DNA from: Macrostomum lignano
Taxonomy: Eukaryota
Direction of reading: 5' to 3'
DNA: 64,000 nt
Assembly: GCA_002269645.1 (NCBI GenBank)
Contig: NIVC01001503.1
Coordinates: forward strand, 124,001 to 188,000
Notes under the pieces: model-generated
Database searches by the model: none
What the model saw: the letters and a program-made list of their open reading frames with translations, nothing else
Told to the model about the DNA's origin: nothing
Part shown: positions 1 to 13,545 of the stretch, in pieces
How the letters are laid out: each line of letters opens with the position of its first letter
Position numbering within the stretch: position 1 is the first letter of the stretch
Position numbers and translations under genes: made by a program

Positions 1-217
1 CGCGATGCTCATCACCAGCGTCAACTGCTTCTTTGCCAGCGTGTTTCTCGCCCTGTTTTTCTTTCCCCAAATTGGAACGCTCTGGATGAACTACGTCATG
101 ACTGGGGCCTGCGCCACCGCCGTGCCGCTTCTAGTCCTGTTCCGGGAGGTTCACAACAGGCGGAATCTGGACCTAACGGCGCAGGTCGGGGCTCAATCCG
201 ACGGTCGTCTGCAGTAA
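1..217 (+). CDS. 3' end (partial) of an SLC49A4/DIRC2-like MFS transporter
   Basis: Two hydrophobic helices then W-M-N-Y...G-A-C...LLVLFREVHNRRNLD, resembling the C-terminal W-x-N-W...G-x-C...F-R-E-x-Y-x-R-L-x-x-D pattern I recall for SLC49A4; stop TAA 215-217; open to the window edge. Confidence 0.6.
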   Translation, partial: AMLITSVNCFFASVFLALFFFPQIGTLWMNYVMTGACATAVPLLVLFREVHNRRNLDLTAQVGAQSDGRLQ

Positions 218-950
218 CGCCTAGCCTCCTGCAAATTGTTCTCGAATATCAGACATCGAAAATGACCCTAATTTGCTTAACGAAATCTCTGGTTTCAATA
301 AAGCATTGTATGGTTTTTCAGTGTACCAGAGCGGCAAACAAGGTGTCACCCATGGGAAGAAATTTACTCAAGGGATGGGATGAGATACAGACTAATATTG
401 GCTGATGTCATTTTCTCATTCCGGAGCTTCATGTTTTACCAGATTGTTGCCAGAATTTACGAGTAAGCCTCCGTTCTGACACTACTGTACATTATACGAG
501 CTACATTTAGACACTTCCACATTGATACGAGCTGGTCTGAAAATATTCAGCAAACAAACAATTTAATGCTTAGTCTAGAATATAGCTAAAGCACAAACTC
601 TAGCTGTTGTCACCTGAGGTAGATTGATACCCTCAATCTCAAGTATAAATTATCCTACCTGGTTAAGACCCCTTCCGTACGCGTGAATTCATGGTTTGAT
701 TACACCGCAGACCTGCAATTTATACTGTCACAAAAATGGCTATAATTTCTCATACGTGTTGTGTTACGAGCTAAGCTAATTAACTAGTTTTGTTTCTGTT
801 GAAATTGCCAAGTCATGTACGAGCTACAGCAAAATACATAAAAATCTCCACAAATCACGAGAATTGCAACTTTTTTGCTTGGCATTCAACTTTTGTTTTA
901 GGGGTGCTTGGCTTTCAAACGTGTTGTCCTGGCGTGCTAGAATATAGTGA

Positions 951-3900
951 GTGTCCTTCAGTTCCTCTCAGTGTGCTTCTGTGTCCTTCAGTTCCTCTCA
1001 GTGTGCTTCTGTGTCCTTCAGTTCCTCTCAGTGTGCTTCTGTGTCCTTCAGTTCCTCTCAGTGTGCTTCTGTGTCCTTCAGTTCCTCTCAGTGTGCTTCT
1101 GTGTCCTTCAGTTCCTCTCAGTGTGCTTCTGTGTCCTTCAGTTCCTCTCAGTGTGCTTCTGTGTCCTTCAGTTCCTCTCAGTGTGCTTCTGTGTCCTTCA
1201 GTTCCTCAGTGTGCTTCTGTGTCCTTCAGTTCCTTAGTGTGCTTCTGTGTCCTTCAGTTCCTCTCAGTGTGCTTCTGTGTCCTTCAGTTCCTTAGTGTGC
1301 TTCTGTGTCCTTCAGTTCCTCAGTGTGCTTCTGTGTCCTTCAGTTCCTTAGTGTGCTTCTGTGTCCTTCAGTTCCTCTCAGTGTGCTTCTGTGTCCTTCA
1401 GTTCCTCTCAGTGTGCTTCTGTGTCCTTCAGTTCCTCTCAGTGTGCTTCTGTGTCCTTCAGTTCCTTAGTGTGCTTCTGTGTCCTTCAGTTCCTCTCAGT
1501 GTGCTTCTGTGTCCTTCAGTTCCTCTCAGTGTGCTTCTGTGTCCTTCAGTTCCTCTCAGTGTGCTTCTGTGTCCTTCAGTTCCTCTCAGTGTGCTTCTGT
1601 GTCCTTCAGTTCCTCTCAGTGTGCTTCTGTGTCCTTCAGTTCCTCTCAGTGTGCTTCTGTGTCCTTCAGTTCCTCTCAGTGTGCTTCTGTGTCCTTCAGT
1701 TCCTCTCAGTGTGCTTCTGTGTCCTTCAGTTCCTCTCAGTGTGCTTCTGTGTCCTTCAGTTCCTCTCAGTGTGCTTCTGTGTCCTTCAGTTCCTCTCAGT
1801 GTGCTTCTGTGTCCTTCAGTTCCTCTCAGTGTGCTTCTGTGTCCTTCAGTTCCTCTCAGTGTGCTTCTGTGTCCTTCAGTTCCTCTCAGTGTGCTTCTGT
1901 GTCCTTCAGTTCCTCTCAGTGTGCTTCTGTGTCCTTCAGTTCCTCTCAGTGTGCTTCTGTGTCCTTCAGTTCCTCTCAGTGTGCTTCTGTGTCCTTCAGT
2001 TCCTTCAGTGTGCTTCTGTGTCCTTCAGTTCCTCTCAGTGTGCTTCTGTGTCCTTCAGTTCCTTAGTGTGCTTCTGTGTCCTTCAGTTCCTCAGTGTGCT
2101 TCTGTGTCCTTCAGTTCCTTAGTGTGCTTCTGTGTCCTTCAGTTCCTCTCAGTGTGCTTCTGTGTCCTTCAGTTCCTCTCAGTGTGCTTCTGTGTCCTTC
2201 AGTTCCTCTCAGTGTGCTTCTGTGTCCTTCAGTTCCTTCAGTGTGCTTCTGTGTCCTTCAGTTCCTCTCAGTGTGCTTCTGTGTCCTTCAGTTCCTCTCA
2301 GTGTGCTTCTGTGTCCTTCAGTTCCTCTCAGTGTGCTTCTGTGTCCTTCAGTTCCTCTCAGTGTGCTTCTGTGTCCTTCAGTTCCTCTCAGTGTGCTTCT
2401 GTGTCCTTCAGTTCCTCTCAGTGTGCTTCTGTGTCCTTCAGTTCCTCTCAGTGTGCTTCTGTGTCCTTCAGTTCCTCTCAGTGTGCTTCTGTGTCCTTCA
2501 GTTCCTCTCAGTGTGCTTCTGTGTCCTTCAGTTCCTCTCAGTGTGCTTCTGTGTCCTTCAGTTCCTCTCAGTGTGCTTCTGTGTCCTTCAGTTCCTTAGT
2601 GTGCTTCTGTGTCCTTCAGTTCTCTCAGTGTGCTTCTGTGTCCTTCAGTTCCTCTCAGTGTGCTTCTGTGTCCTTCAGTTCCTCAGTGTGCTTCTGTGTC
2701 CTTCAGTTCCTTAGTGTGCTTCTGTGTCCTTCAGTTCCTCTCAGTGTGCTTCTGTGTCCTTCAGTTCCTCTCAGTGTGCTTCTGTGTCCTTCAGTTCCTC
2801 TCAGTGTGCTTCTGTGTCCTTCAGTTCCTCTCAGTGTGCTTCTGTGTCCTTCAGTTCCTTAGTGTGCTTCTGTGTCCTTCAGTTCCTCTCAGTGTGCTTC
2901 TGTGTCCTTCAGTTCCTCTCAGTGTGCTTCTGTGTCCTTCAGTTCCTCTCAGTGTGCTTCTGTGTCCTTCAGTTCCTCTCAGTGTGCTTCTGTGTCCTTC
3001 AGTTCCTCTCAGTGTGCTTCTGTGTCCTTCAGTTCCTCTCAGTGTGCTTCTGTGTCCTTCAGTTCCTCTCAGTGTGCTTCTGTGTCCTTCAGTTCCTCTC
3101 AGTGTGCTTCTGTGTCCTTCAGTTCCTCTCAGTGTGCTTCTGTGTCCTTCAGTTCCTCTCAGTGTGCTTCTGTGTCCTTCAGTTCCTCTCAGTGTGCTTC
3201 TGTGTCCTTCAGTTCCTTCAGTGTGCTTCTGTGTCCTTCAGTTCTCTCAGTGTGCTTCTGTGTCCTTCAGTTCCTCTCAGTGTGCTTCTGTGTCCTTCAG
3301 TTCCTCAGTGTGCTTCTGTGTCCTTCAGTTCCTTAGTGTGCTTCTGTGTCCTTCAGTTCCTCTCAGTGTGCTTCTGTGTCCTTCAGTTCCTCTCAGTGTG
3401 CTTCTGTGTCCTTCAGTTCCTCTCAGTGTGCTTCTGTGTCCTTCAGTTCCTCTCAGTGTGCTTCTGTGTCCTTCAGTTCCTCTCAGTGTGCTTCTGTGTC
3501 CTTCAGTTCCTCTCAGTGTGCTTCTGTGTCCTTCAGTTCCTCTCAGTGTGCTTCTGTGTCCTTCAGTTCCTCTCAGTGTGCTTCTGTGTCCTTCAGTTCC
3601 TCTCAGTGTGCTTCTGTGTCCTTCAGTTCCTCTCAGTGTGCTTCTGTGTCCTTCAGTTCCTCTCAGTGTGCTTCTGTGTCCTTCAGTTCCTCTCAGTGTG
3701 CTTCTGTGTCCTTCAGTTCCTCTCAGTGTGCTTCTGTGTCCTTCAGTTCCTCTCAGTGTGCTTCTGTGTCCTTCAGTTCCTCAGTGTGCTTCTGTGTCCT
3801 TCAGTTCCTCTCAGTGTGCTTCTGTGTCCTTCAGTTCCTCTCAGTGTGCTTCTGTGTCCTTCAGTTCCTCTCAGTGTGCTTCTGTGTCCTTCAGTTCCTC

Positions 3901-6900
3901 TCAGTGTGCTTCTGTGTCCTTCAGTTCCTCTCAGTGTGCTTCTGTGTCCTTCAGTTCCTCTCAGTGTGCTTCTGTGTCCTTCAGTTCCTCTCAGTGTGCT
4001 TCTGTGTCCTTCAGTTCCTCAGTGTGCTTCTGTGTCCTTCAGTTCCTCTCAGTGTGCTTCTGTGTCCTTCAGTTCCTCAGTGTGCTTCTGTGTCCTTCAG
4101 TTCCTCTCAGTGTGCTTCTGTGTCCTTCAGTTCCTCTCAGTGTGCTTCTGTGTCCTTCAGTTCCTCTCAGTGTGCTTCTGTGTCCTTCAGTTCCTCTCAG
4201 TGTGCTTCTGTGTCCTTCAGTTCCTCTCAGTGTGCTTCTGTGTCCTTCAGTTCCTCTCAGTGTGCTTCTGTGTCCTTCAGTTCCTCTCAGTGTGCTTCTG
4301 TGTCCTTCAGTTCCTCTCAGTGTGCTTCTGTGTCCTTCAGTTCCTCAGTGTGCTTCTGTGTCCTTCAGTTCCTCTCAGTGTGCTTCTGTGTCCTTCAGTT
4401 CCTCTCAGTGTGCTTCTGTGTCCTTCAGTTCCTCTCAGTGTGCTTCTGTGTCCTTCAGTTCCTCAGTGTGCTTCTGTGTCCTTCAGTTCCTCTCAGTGTG
4501 CTTCTGTGTCCTTCAGTTCCTCTCAGTGTGCTTCTGTGTCCTTCAGTTCCTCTCAGTGTGCTTCTGTGTCCTTCAGTTCCTCTCAGTGTGCTTCTGTGTC
4601 CTTCAGTTCCTCTCAGTGTGCTTCTGTGTCCTTCAGTTCCTCTCAGTGTGCTTCTGTGTCCTTCAGTTCCTCTCAGTGTGCTTCTGTGTCCTTCAGTTCC
4701 TCTCAGTGTGCTTCTGTGTCCTTCAGTTCCTCTCAGTGTGCTTCTGTGTCCTTCAGTTCCTCTCAGTGTGCTTCTGTGTCCTTCAGTTCCTCTCAGTGTG
4801 CTTCTGTGTCCTTCAGTTCCTCTCAGTGTGCTTCTGTGTCCTTCAGTTCCTCTCAGTGTGCTTCTGTGTCCTTCAGTTCCTCTCAGTGTGCTTCTGTGTC
4901 CTTCAGTTCCTCTCAGTGTGCTTCTGTGTCCTTCAGTTCCTCTCAGTGTGCTTCTGTGTCCTTCAGTTCCTCTCAGTGTGCTTCTGTGTCCTTCAGTTCC
5001 TCTCAGTGTGCTTCTGTGTCCTTCAGTTCCTCTCAGTGTGCTTCTGTGTCCTTCAGTTCCTCTCAGTGTGCTTCTGTGTCCTTCAGTTCCTCTCAGTGTG
5101 CTTCTGTGTCCTTCAGTTCCTCTCAGTGTGCTTCTGTGTCCTTCAGTTCCTCTCAGTGTGCTTCTGTGTCCTTCAGTTCCTCTCAGTGTGCTTCTGTGTC
5201 CTTCAGTTCCTCTCAGTGTGCTTCTGTGTCCTTCAGTTCCTCTCAGTGTGCTTCTGTGTCCTTCAGTTCCTCTCAGTGTGCTTCTGTGTCCTTCAGTTCC
5301 TCTCAGTGTGCTTCTGTGTCCTTCAGTTCCTCTCAGTGTGCTTCTGTGTCCTTCAGTTCCTCTCAGTGTGCTTCTGTGTCCTTCAGTTCCTCTCAGTGTG
5401 CTTCTGTGTCCTTCAGTTCCTCTCAGTGTGCTTCTGTGTCCTTCAGTTCCTCTCAGTGTGCTTCTGTGTCCTTCAGTTCCTCTCAGTGTGCTTCTGTGTC
5501 CTTCAGTTCCTCTCAGTGTGCTTCTGTGTCCTTCAGTTCCTCTCAGTGTGCTTCTGTGTCCTTCAGTTCCTCTCAGTGTGCTTCTGTGTCCTTCAGTTCC
5601 TCTCAGTGTGCTTCTGTGTCCTTCAGTTCCTCTCAGTGTGCTTCTGTGTCCTTCAGTTCCTCTCAGTGTGCTTCTGTGTCCTTCAGTTCCTCTCAGTGTG
5701 CTTCTGTGTCCTTCAGTTCCTCTCAGTGTGCTTCTGTGTCCTTCAGTTCCTCTCAGTGTGCTTCTGTGTCCTTCAGTTCCTCTCAGTGTGCTTCTGTGTC
5801 CTTCAGTTCCTCTCAGTGTGCTTCTGTGTCCTTCAGTTCCTCTCAGTGTGCTTCTGTGTCCTTCAGTTCCTCTCAGTGTGCTTCTGTGTCCTTCAGTTCC
5901 TCTCAGTGTGCTTCTGTGTCCTTCAGTTCCTCTCAGTGTGCTTCTGTGTCCTTCAGTTCCTCTCAGTGTGCTTCTGTGTCCTTCAGTTCCTCTCAGTGTG
6001 CTTCTGTGTCCTTCAGTTCCTCTCAGTGTGCTTCTGTGTCCTTCAGTTCCTCTCAGTGTGCTTCTGTGTCCTTCAGTTCCTCTCAGTGTGCTTCTGTGTC
6101 CTTCAGTTCCTCTCAGTGTGCTTCTGTGTCCTTCAGTTCCTCTCAGTGTGCTTCTGTGTCCTTCAGTTCCTCTCAGTGTGCTTCTGTGTCCTTCAGTTCC
6201 TCTCAGTGTGCTTCTGTGTCCTTCAGTTCCTCTCAGTGTGCTTCTGTGTCCTTCAGTTCCTCTCAGTGTGCTTCTGTGTCCTTCAGTTCCTCTCAGTGTG
6301 CTTCTGTGTCCTTCAGTTCCTCTCAGTGTGCTTCTGTGTCCTTCAGTTCCTCTCAGTGTGCTTCTGTGTCCTTCAGTTCCTCTCAGTGTGCTTCTGTGTC
6401 CTTCAGTTCCTCTCAGTGTGCTTCTGTGTCCTTCAGTTCCTCTCAGTGTGCTTCTGTGTCCTTCAGTTCCTCTCAGTGTGCTTCTGTGTCCTTCAGTTCC
6501 TCTCAGTGTGCTTCTGTGTCCTTCAGTTCCTCTCAGTGTGCTTCTGTGTCCTTCAGTTCCTCTCAGTGTGCTTCTGTGTCCTTCAGTTCCTCTCAGTGTG
6601 CTTCTGTGTCCTTCAGTTCCTCTCAGTGTGCTTCTGTGTCCTTCAGTTCCTCTCAGTGTGCTTCTGTGTCCTTCAGTTCCTCTCAGTGTGCTTCTGTGTC
6701 CTTCAGTTCCTCTCAGTGTGCTTCTGTGTCCTTCAGTTCCTCTCAGTGTGCTTCTGTGTCCTTCAGTTCCTCTCAGTGTGCTTCTGTGTCCTTCAGTTCC
6801 TCTCAGTGTGCTTCTGTGTCCTTCAGTTCCTCAGTGTGCTTCTGTGTCCTTCAGTTCCTCTCAGTGTGCTTCTGTGTCCTTCAGTTCCTCTCAGTGTGCT

Positions 6901-7640
6901 TCTGTGTCCTTCAGTTCCTCTCAGTGTGCTTCTGTGTCCTTCAGTTCCTCTCAGTGTGCTTCTGTGTCCTTCAGTTCCTCTCAGTGTGCTTCTGTGTCCT
7001 TCAGTTCCTCTCAGTGTGCTTCTGTGTCCTTCAGTTCCTCTCAGTGTGCTTCTGTGTCCTTCAGTTCCTCTCAGTGTGCTTCTGTGTCCTTCAGTTCCTC
7101 TCAGTGTGCTTCTGTGTCCTTCAGTTCCTCTCAGTGTGCTTCTGTGTCCTTCAGTTCCTCTCAGTGTGCTTCTGTGTCCTTCAGTTCCTCAGTGTGCTTC
7201 TGTGTCCTTCAGTTCCTCTCAGTGTGCTTCTGTGTCCTTCAGTTCCTCTCAGTGTGCTTCTGTGTCCTTCAGTTCCTCTCAGTGTGCTTCTGTGTCCTTC
7301 AGTTCCTCTCAGTGTGCTTCTGTGTCCTTCAGTTCCTCTCAGTGTGCTTCTGTGTCCTTCAGTTCCTCTCAGTGTGCTTCTGTGTCCTTCAGTTCCTCTC
7401 AGTGTGCTTCTGTGTCCTTCAGTTCCTCTCAGTGTGCTTCTGTGTCCTTCAGTTCCTCTCAGTGTGCTTCTGTGTCCTTCAGTTCCTCTCAGTGTGCTTC
7501 TGTGTCCTTCAGTTCCTCTCAGTGTGCTTCTGTGTCCTTCAGTTCCTCTCAGTGTGCTTCTGTGTCCTTCAGTTCCTTAGTGTGCTTCTGTGTCCTTCAG
7601 TTCCTCTCAGTGTGCTTCTGTGTCCTTCAGTTCCTCAGTG
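951..7640. repeat. 30-bp satellite array GTGTCCTTCAGTTCCTCTCAGTGTGCTTCT, about 220 copies with 28/29-bp variants
   Basis: Read directly; explains all ORFs between 790 and 7720. Confidence 0.99.
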
Positions 7641-8188
7641 TTCCAATTCCAAAAAATCGTTCCAAAAGCCAAGAATTTTTAGCATTAATTATTGTTGTTA
7701 ACAACTTTTTGTACAACTAAAACTCTGAGCAAATTGGTCTCTGATAATAACATCTATTTTCACTCGAAAATCTGGTATAAACACATACGAGGCATTGAAT
7801 ACATTCACGAAAGAGTACATACAGTCAAGAAAAATTAGAGAAAAAACACTGATTAAAACCTAGGTCTGGGTGAGATACGAAACATAGGCGGCAGATCGAA
7901 TGATATGCGCTTTAAAACAAGTACAAGCTCCATCATCCAGCAAGATGTGTTACGTGTGGGTTAATGCACCAATAGAGACCTACCTGTGGTACACTTGTAA
8001 CCACACTTTGCGGTCAATATTATCGACATAGCATTCTAGGAGAAACAAAATTTTATAGGACTTCTGAAGAAGTGTTTTTTTCTGAGTGATTTTGAATATT
8101 CTGAAAGATGTTTTAGCATGTGCGGACTTTGAAGACACTGTTTACCGAGTTGCGCACCAGCATACTGACTGACTAAGCTGATCAATCT

Positions 8189-8614
8189 TCAGTCCAGCCG
8201 ACGCTTCAAAATAGTAGAAATCTCCATCTCGATGAAACTCCGAATTGCCGGATCCGTCACCTCCTTGGCTACGCGAGCCATCACGCCAGCTTTCAACTGG
8301 GCGGCCAGATCTGGCGGCAGTCTGCTGCTGCTACTGACACTGCTAGCCGAGGTTCCAGCGGTAACAGCGGCGGCCTGGTGCCCAAGCAAGGCGGCTGCGT
8401 ACTGAACCCAGACGCAGTCGACGCAGCCGGACTCGCAGCAGAGACCGACTGGCGGCGGCGGCGGCGGCGGCGGCGCAGGCGGTTGCTTGTTTGACTGCGG
8501 CTGGTCGCCAACGCCTGGGACAGTGGCGTCCGTTGAAAAAGCGGCCGCGGCTGCGGGAGGGGCGCAGCGCTGGGCTGCGTGGCGAATCACCAACTGGATG
8601 CTGGCCCTGAGCAT
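8189..8614 (-). CDS. OXLD1: Oxidoreductase-like domain-containing protein 1 (OXLD1-like), intronless, 141 aa, probable mitochondrial presequence
   Basis: PPPPPPPPVGLCCESGCVDCVWVQYAAAL and C-terminal DPAIRSFIEMEI match the Oxidored-like pattern (CCxSGCxxCVW); ATG at 8614; Arg/Ala-rich N-terminus. Confidence 0.85.
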   Translation of the reverse strand: MLRASIQLVIRHAAQRCAPPAAAAAFSTDATVPGVGDQPQSNKQPPAPPPPPPPPVGLCCESGCVDCVWVQYAAALLGHQAAAVTAGTSASSVSSSSRLPPDLAAQLKAGVMARVAKEVTDPAIRSFIEMEISTILKRRLD

Positions 8615-8899
8615 GCAGGAAAACAATTCAGATTCTTTAGTTTTAGCATTGCTGATTTAATTGCTACTGTAGCCTTATAAAATAAATAAAATATAGCCTA
8701 GCAACTAACGTGTTAGAAGAATTGATGGGATCTCAGAAGTCTCTGAACATTATGATTGTCATTTCCTTCGTTTATACGAGTATCAAGACGAAGAAGTTTC
8801 TCATTTTACCCTTGGAGACGGTTAAGCTTCTTGTTGGATGAGCCGCTACCCGAGTCTGCTGTTGCCATGGCTTGCTATGAATTGTCTTCACTTTAAGCA

Positions 8900-9560
8900 G
8901 TGTGTGCATCATGCCCGATGGCCCATCAGTGATGACAGGAGGCTGACACACTATTGGAACGTTTAACGTTTTTGACACACACTGGTGAAGTATTTCTGAG
9001 AGACCAGAGCACATGAAGCAAATTTTGCCACAATGAAGACTGATGCGCTAGACCAGAAGGTGCAGTTTTTCCTGCATTTTCTCTCTGAAGTCCTAGAGCC
9101 TTTGCAGAAATTTGAACTGCTGCTTGTTCAGCACCAGCTAAACGATTAGATGACTGACCTGATGTGCCTCTGGCTTCTGCGATTTGTCAAGCCTGACAAA
9201 AAGTGTGGAAGTTTGATGTCAAAGATGAAACCATCTGGCTGCCTCCACTCCGAATCGCCATGGGCGAGACTGCCAGACAACTCTTTGTTGCCCTATTCGG
9301 TACGGCCCAACACATAGCCCCAACAACAATGTGTCAATGTCTCCATTTAGTCAAGGGATTTTTTAAGAAAGGAATTGAAAATTGGAGCATTTACCACTCC
9401 AAAGTTCAGTTCTCAGTGCTTGTAAGCTTCTGGACCCTAAGAACCAGTCCAATGATCGCTTTGTGCACTGGGTTGTGACTCTGGCCAAGGACCTCTTAGC
9501 AATTGTGTGTGTCTAAACTGGACAGCCTTCGAGTTAAGGCTCGTCTATACCAAGAAGATC
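8900..9560 (+). pseudogene. Degenerate DNA-transposase-like remnant (possibly hAT/ZNF862-like)
   Basis: Broken reading frames give QFFLHFLSEVLEPLQKFELL...MTDLMCLWLLRFVKPD...DVKDETIWLPPLRIAMGETARQL...LDP, reminiscent of the C-terminal half of hAT-like transposases; stops and frameshifts; no termini found. Confidence 0.35.
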
Positions 9561-11499
9561 TGCAAGACGCTGATAGAATAAAATAGAACAATATTATAAT
9601 TGTTATATGTTAATTTTTTCTCTTGTGCATTTACTTTTTATTAAGTAAGCTACTTTACCTGAATTAATTTGATTATTTGTTTAGTAAAAGACCAAAATTT
9701 TATAGTAATATAATGGTTCAAAGTTAAACAACTTAAAATGTTTACTTAAATAAATATATATTAGATTAATTTAAATTCTTGGTGAAACTAAATGACATAT
9801 AGATTCTAGCTATATTTTAAGAGCAAAGAACGTTGGCTAATATTATCTTCTATTATGTACAACAACCTTATTGAGTACATTGGCTATGCTAATATGAAAT
9901 GATATGAGGTTTATTATTATTTAGGAATACAATACCAGTTGCCACTTTAAAATTATGGATGCTCTTTTATTAACCCCTGTAAAAAAATTAAATAAGCAAC
10001 TTGCCTATTGTGATACTAGTATACCTTTACTAGGGTAATTCAATATAAAATACTTATATATCTTCTAATATGTCTCTCTTTCCCTTTTATTTATCTACTT
10101 ATAATATATTATATAAACAATTTACCAATCAATATTTCTACAGTGTTTTGTGTCTGCAATGCAATATTAATAGATTGACAGCTAGAAGATTATGCTTTTG
10201 CACCAGATAAATTTAACAATGCTTGAAGCTAGGAAAAACATAGATACTAGTGTAGTTTTGTTTACAAAATCTTTCATTTTAATTTATACTAGTGCTAAAC
10301 AGTGATAATTCTAATGGGGCTCCAAAAGGTCTATAGATCTAAGTTTTCTATGGTCTAAATAGATAGATGATAATGCTAATGACTGAAATTAGACACAAAT
10401 ATCTAAGTTTTCTATGGCCCAAATGGGTATATGACATATCTGATAAATTATAAATAGAAAAAATAGCAAAAAGTATTTTAATAATCATAACTATACTTAA
10501 ACATAAAATATTAAAAAGCATTTTTTACCTAACCAAAAATGGCTAGACTACTAATCCATGAGTAATTAACTACTAAACTCTTTTTCTAATTCATACGAAT
10601 TTATAGGATTAAGAGTTTTGCTACAAGGTATTTGTTTTGTCATCCAAATGATTATGTGACAATTGGCATTCCTTGTTAAGTTAAGTGTTTGGCAAGTTTC
10701 AGAAAAATTGGAAAATATTTGATCATTCAAGTATTTTATCAACATAAACTTGAAAAAGTGTAATATATATTAGATGCATACTTGCCAATTTTTTATGTAT
10801 ATTTAGCAAATCTAACCAGACTATATAATATTACAATAGGGCCTAACTGAATAACTCATATATAGGACAAGACTTGTATTACTATAAAAATAACTACTAT
10901 ATTAATAAAAAATTACTATACTGTATATTGCACTATAAATTATAACTGGATATTATAATAATATGTAATTTATTATAAATATATTATATAAATATATAAA
11001 TTAAGCACTGGTGGAATTTTGTTTATGAAATTATTTTTCTTTTGAACTTCTGTCAGTTCTGGTGATTGATAATGCTGATGACATTTTAATGTCACAGTCA
11101 TGTTGGTTGGTGTACTAGTGCTATGCCTTTATAATAGTATACTCAAATGTTCTTTCAATGTAATAACTGTATATTCGAATCTTTCTTAGAAACTGAATCC
11201 ACGCAAAACGCTAAATAATAGTTTGTTTTAATGCGCGAAATAAATTGGGAAAATATTTTTTGTTATAAATGTATTGGGAATTCAGGGGGTATATATAGGA
11301 GCGGTTTTGCAACAAATATACTCCAACTGTCTTTTACCTGTGAGCAAATATCGCGAACAAAATAAGCAGTTCAATCTAAACCTTTTAAAGTCTTTCGAGT
11401 TGAATAGCAACTTATTCATTTGCAAAGTCTGAGAAACGATTCCAAGAAATTTGCTAAGAGAAGGGAATTGGGACTAATTCTTGGAGATATACTAAGAGA

Positions 11500-12752
11500 G
11501 GCGCCGTGACCCTCTAGTCTTGGTGAACGCCCGATTAGGAATATTCACTAATACATATACCAGTACTAGACCGCTCAGGCCATAAGCTACCAGAATGCTA
11601 CCAGAAAGCTAGCCATAAGCTACCAGAACACTACCAGAGAGCTAGCCATAAGCTACCAGAAACGCTACTAAGAACGCTACCCAGAAATATTTAAATGAAA
11701 TTTTAAGAAATAGTTAGGGAGTAAAAACAAGTATAGTCAGGATAACTGTAGTTGGCAAACAGGAATAACCCCTGTGACAACTTGGTGGCAGTTACTTAGA
11801 GGACAGAAGAGAAAGCCCTATTACAACTATGGTGGCATAACGTTGGAATTTTCATAGAGAGCCAAAAGGCCTGTTACAACTTGGTATCAGCAGTTGGGAT
11901 TAAATTGATAAAGTAGGAGGTAAAACACCTGTTACAGTTGGCAATATTTCATGAATTTTTTTTTCATTTTTCATTTGAATTCATGCCAGTGCCAAGGATT
12001 TAAATCAATGATTTGAGTGATAATGCTAAGAAGTAATGCTACTTAGCATAACTTCTATAATATAAGGCAAAAAATTCTATCTTATAAGTTATCTATGGCC
12101 CAAAAGGGTTGGTGTCTGATAATTGTTGAGTGGGAAAGGGAATAGGAAAGCACTAGCAAACTACACCCCCATTGTAGAGCCAAAGAAATGCAATACACAT
12201 TTTTTAATAAGCTACATGTAGCCTGGAAATCATAAAAAAATCTCTTGTCAAACTTCTAACCTAACCTTAACCCTACCCATAACCCTAAATTTAATATTTT
12301 GTCCATGATTTTTCATATGACACTTCCATGATTTCCACATGACACTTCTATTATTTTTGCATGATGCTTCTATGATAAACATTTTTAATAAGCTACATGA
12401 GCTGATATAAGTGTACCAGGGGTGCTTCCTGTACACTGAGAATCCCACCGTTATGTCACCAAAGTTGTAACAGGCCTTTTGGCTCTCTATAAGAATCTCA
12501 ATCGCTGACACCAAAGTTGTCGTAGGGGTGACTTCTGTCCCTACAAATGATTTCACCTGCTGTCACTAAAGTTGTTACAGGTGTGATTCCTTTTACTGTT
12601 CTTACTGTTTACTTACTGGTAGCGTCTGTACTTCTATTGTACTTTCGGGCCTGAGCGGTCTTTTTAGGCACTGTCTATCCTATTCTTATATTCCTCTAAA
12701 GATGTTATTCTCTCAGTCCTGGGCGTTCCCGGGATCAGAGGGTCACAGCACA
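11500..12752. repeat. Long degenerate inverted repeat (arms about 11500-11940 and 12405-12752)
   Basis: Perfect 27-bp match ATAGAGAGCCAAAAGGCCTGTTACAAC (11854-11880) vs its reverse complement at 12464-12490; GACCGCTCAGGCCC, GAACGCCC and GTGACCCTCT also mirrored in collinear order. Confidence 0.8.
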
Positions 12753-13545
12753 CTTCGCTGGGTATTCTGCCCTGAGGCGGGTTTCTCAGGCTCTAAGCCT
12801 GGATTTCTCTACCCTGTGGTAGGATTTCTGCCTTTCTAAAGGCGGGTTACTAGACTTCTAAGTCTAGGATTTCTCGTTCTCTGAGAACGGACTAAGTTTC
12901 TCCCAATTTGGGGATCCTAATGCTGCTAAATAACTAAGTCAATAAGTATTAATCAAGCTTCAATCTTAGGATACTAGAACAGTTTTAAGCTTTGAAGCTA
13001 TGCAACGAGGCAAGTTGCTCTCCTTCAGTTTCAGCTCGTATATTTATACTCCTCTTTTAGTTCATTTTAAACAAATAACATTTCATAATATTCATAATAT
13101 TTACAATACTACTAATATTATACATTAAAACAAAAATAGTCTAATTTCAAACATACTACTTTCTAAGAAACAAGCAATCGCTAAGATAAGGCCTACCTCA
13201 TAAGCTACCCTAACCTTAGCCCTAGTCCAAATCTTAACGCTATAACCCTAAACCCTAACACCAACCCTAACACTAACCCTATAGCCTGAAGTTTGTGAAG
13301 CACTAGTAGTATTTTTTAGCTTAGTATCTTAGCGTTGGTGAGCCAAAAATGCAGTATAAGTTTTGTAATAAACTACATATAGCATCTCTTTGCAATATAC
13401 CTCAGCAGTCCCTTGTAAGCCTTGACATGTCAGTAATTCCCCACAAGCTTTAACATATCAACTCCCCCCCTTGACATCTCAGCGATGCCCCCTATATGCC
13501 TTGAAATCTAAAAAAATCTGTCAACCTTCTAACCCTAACCCTAGA

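Noticed and set aside
790-7720. Very long ORFs (up to 1703 aa) over the satellite
   Set aside because: Translations of a stop-poor 30-bp repeat in all three frames; no non-repeat coding content.
13205-13285. CCCTAA-like runs (also near 12259-12290 and 13530) as interstitial telomere
   Set aside because: Short and degenerate, embedded in a dispersed degenerate repeat.
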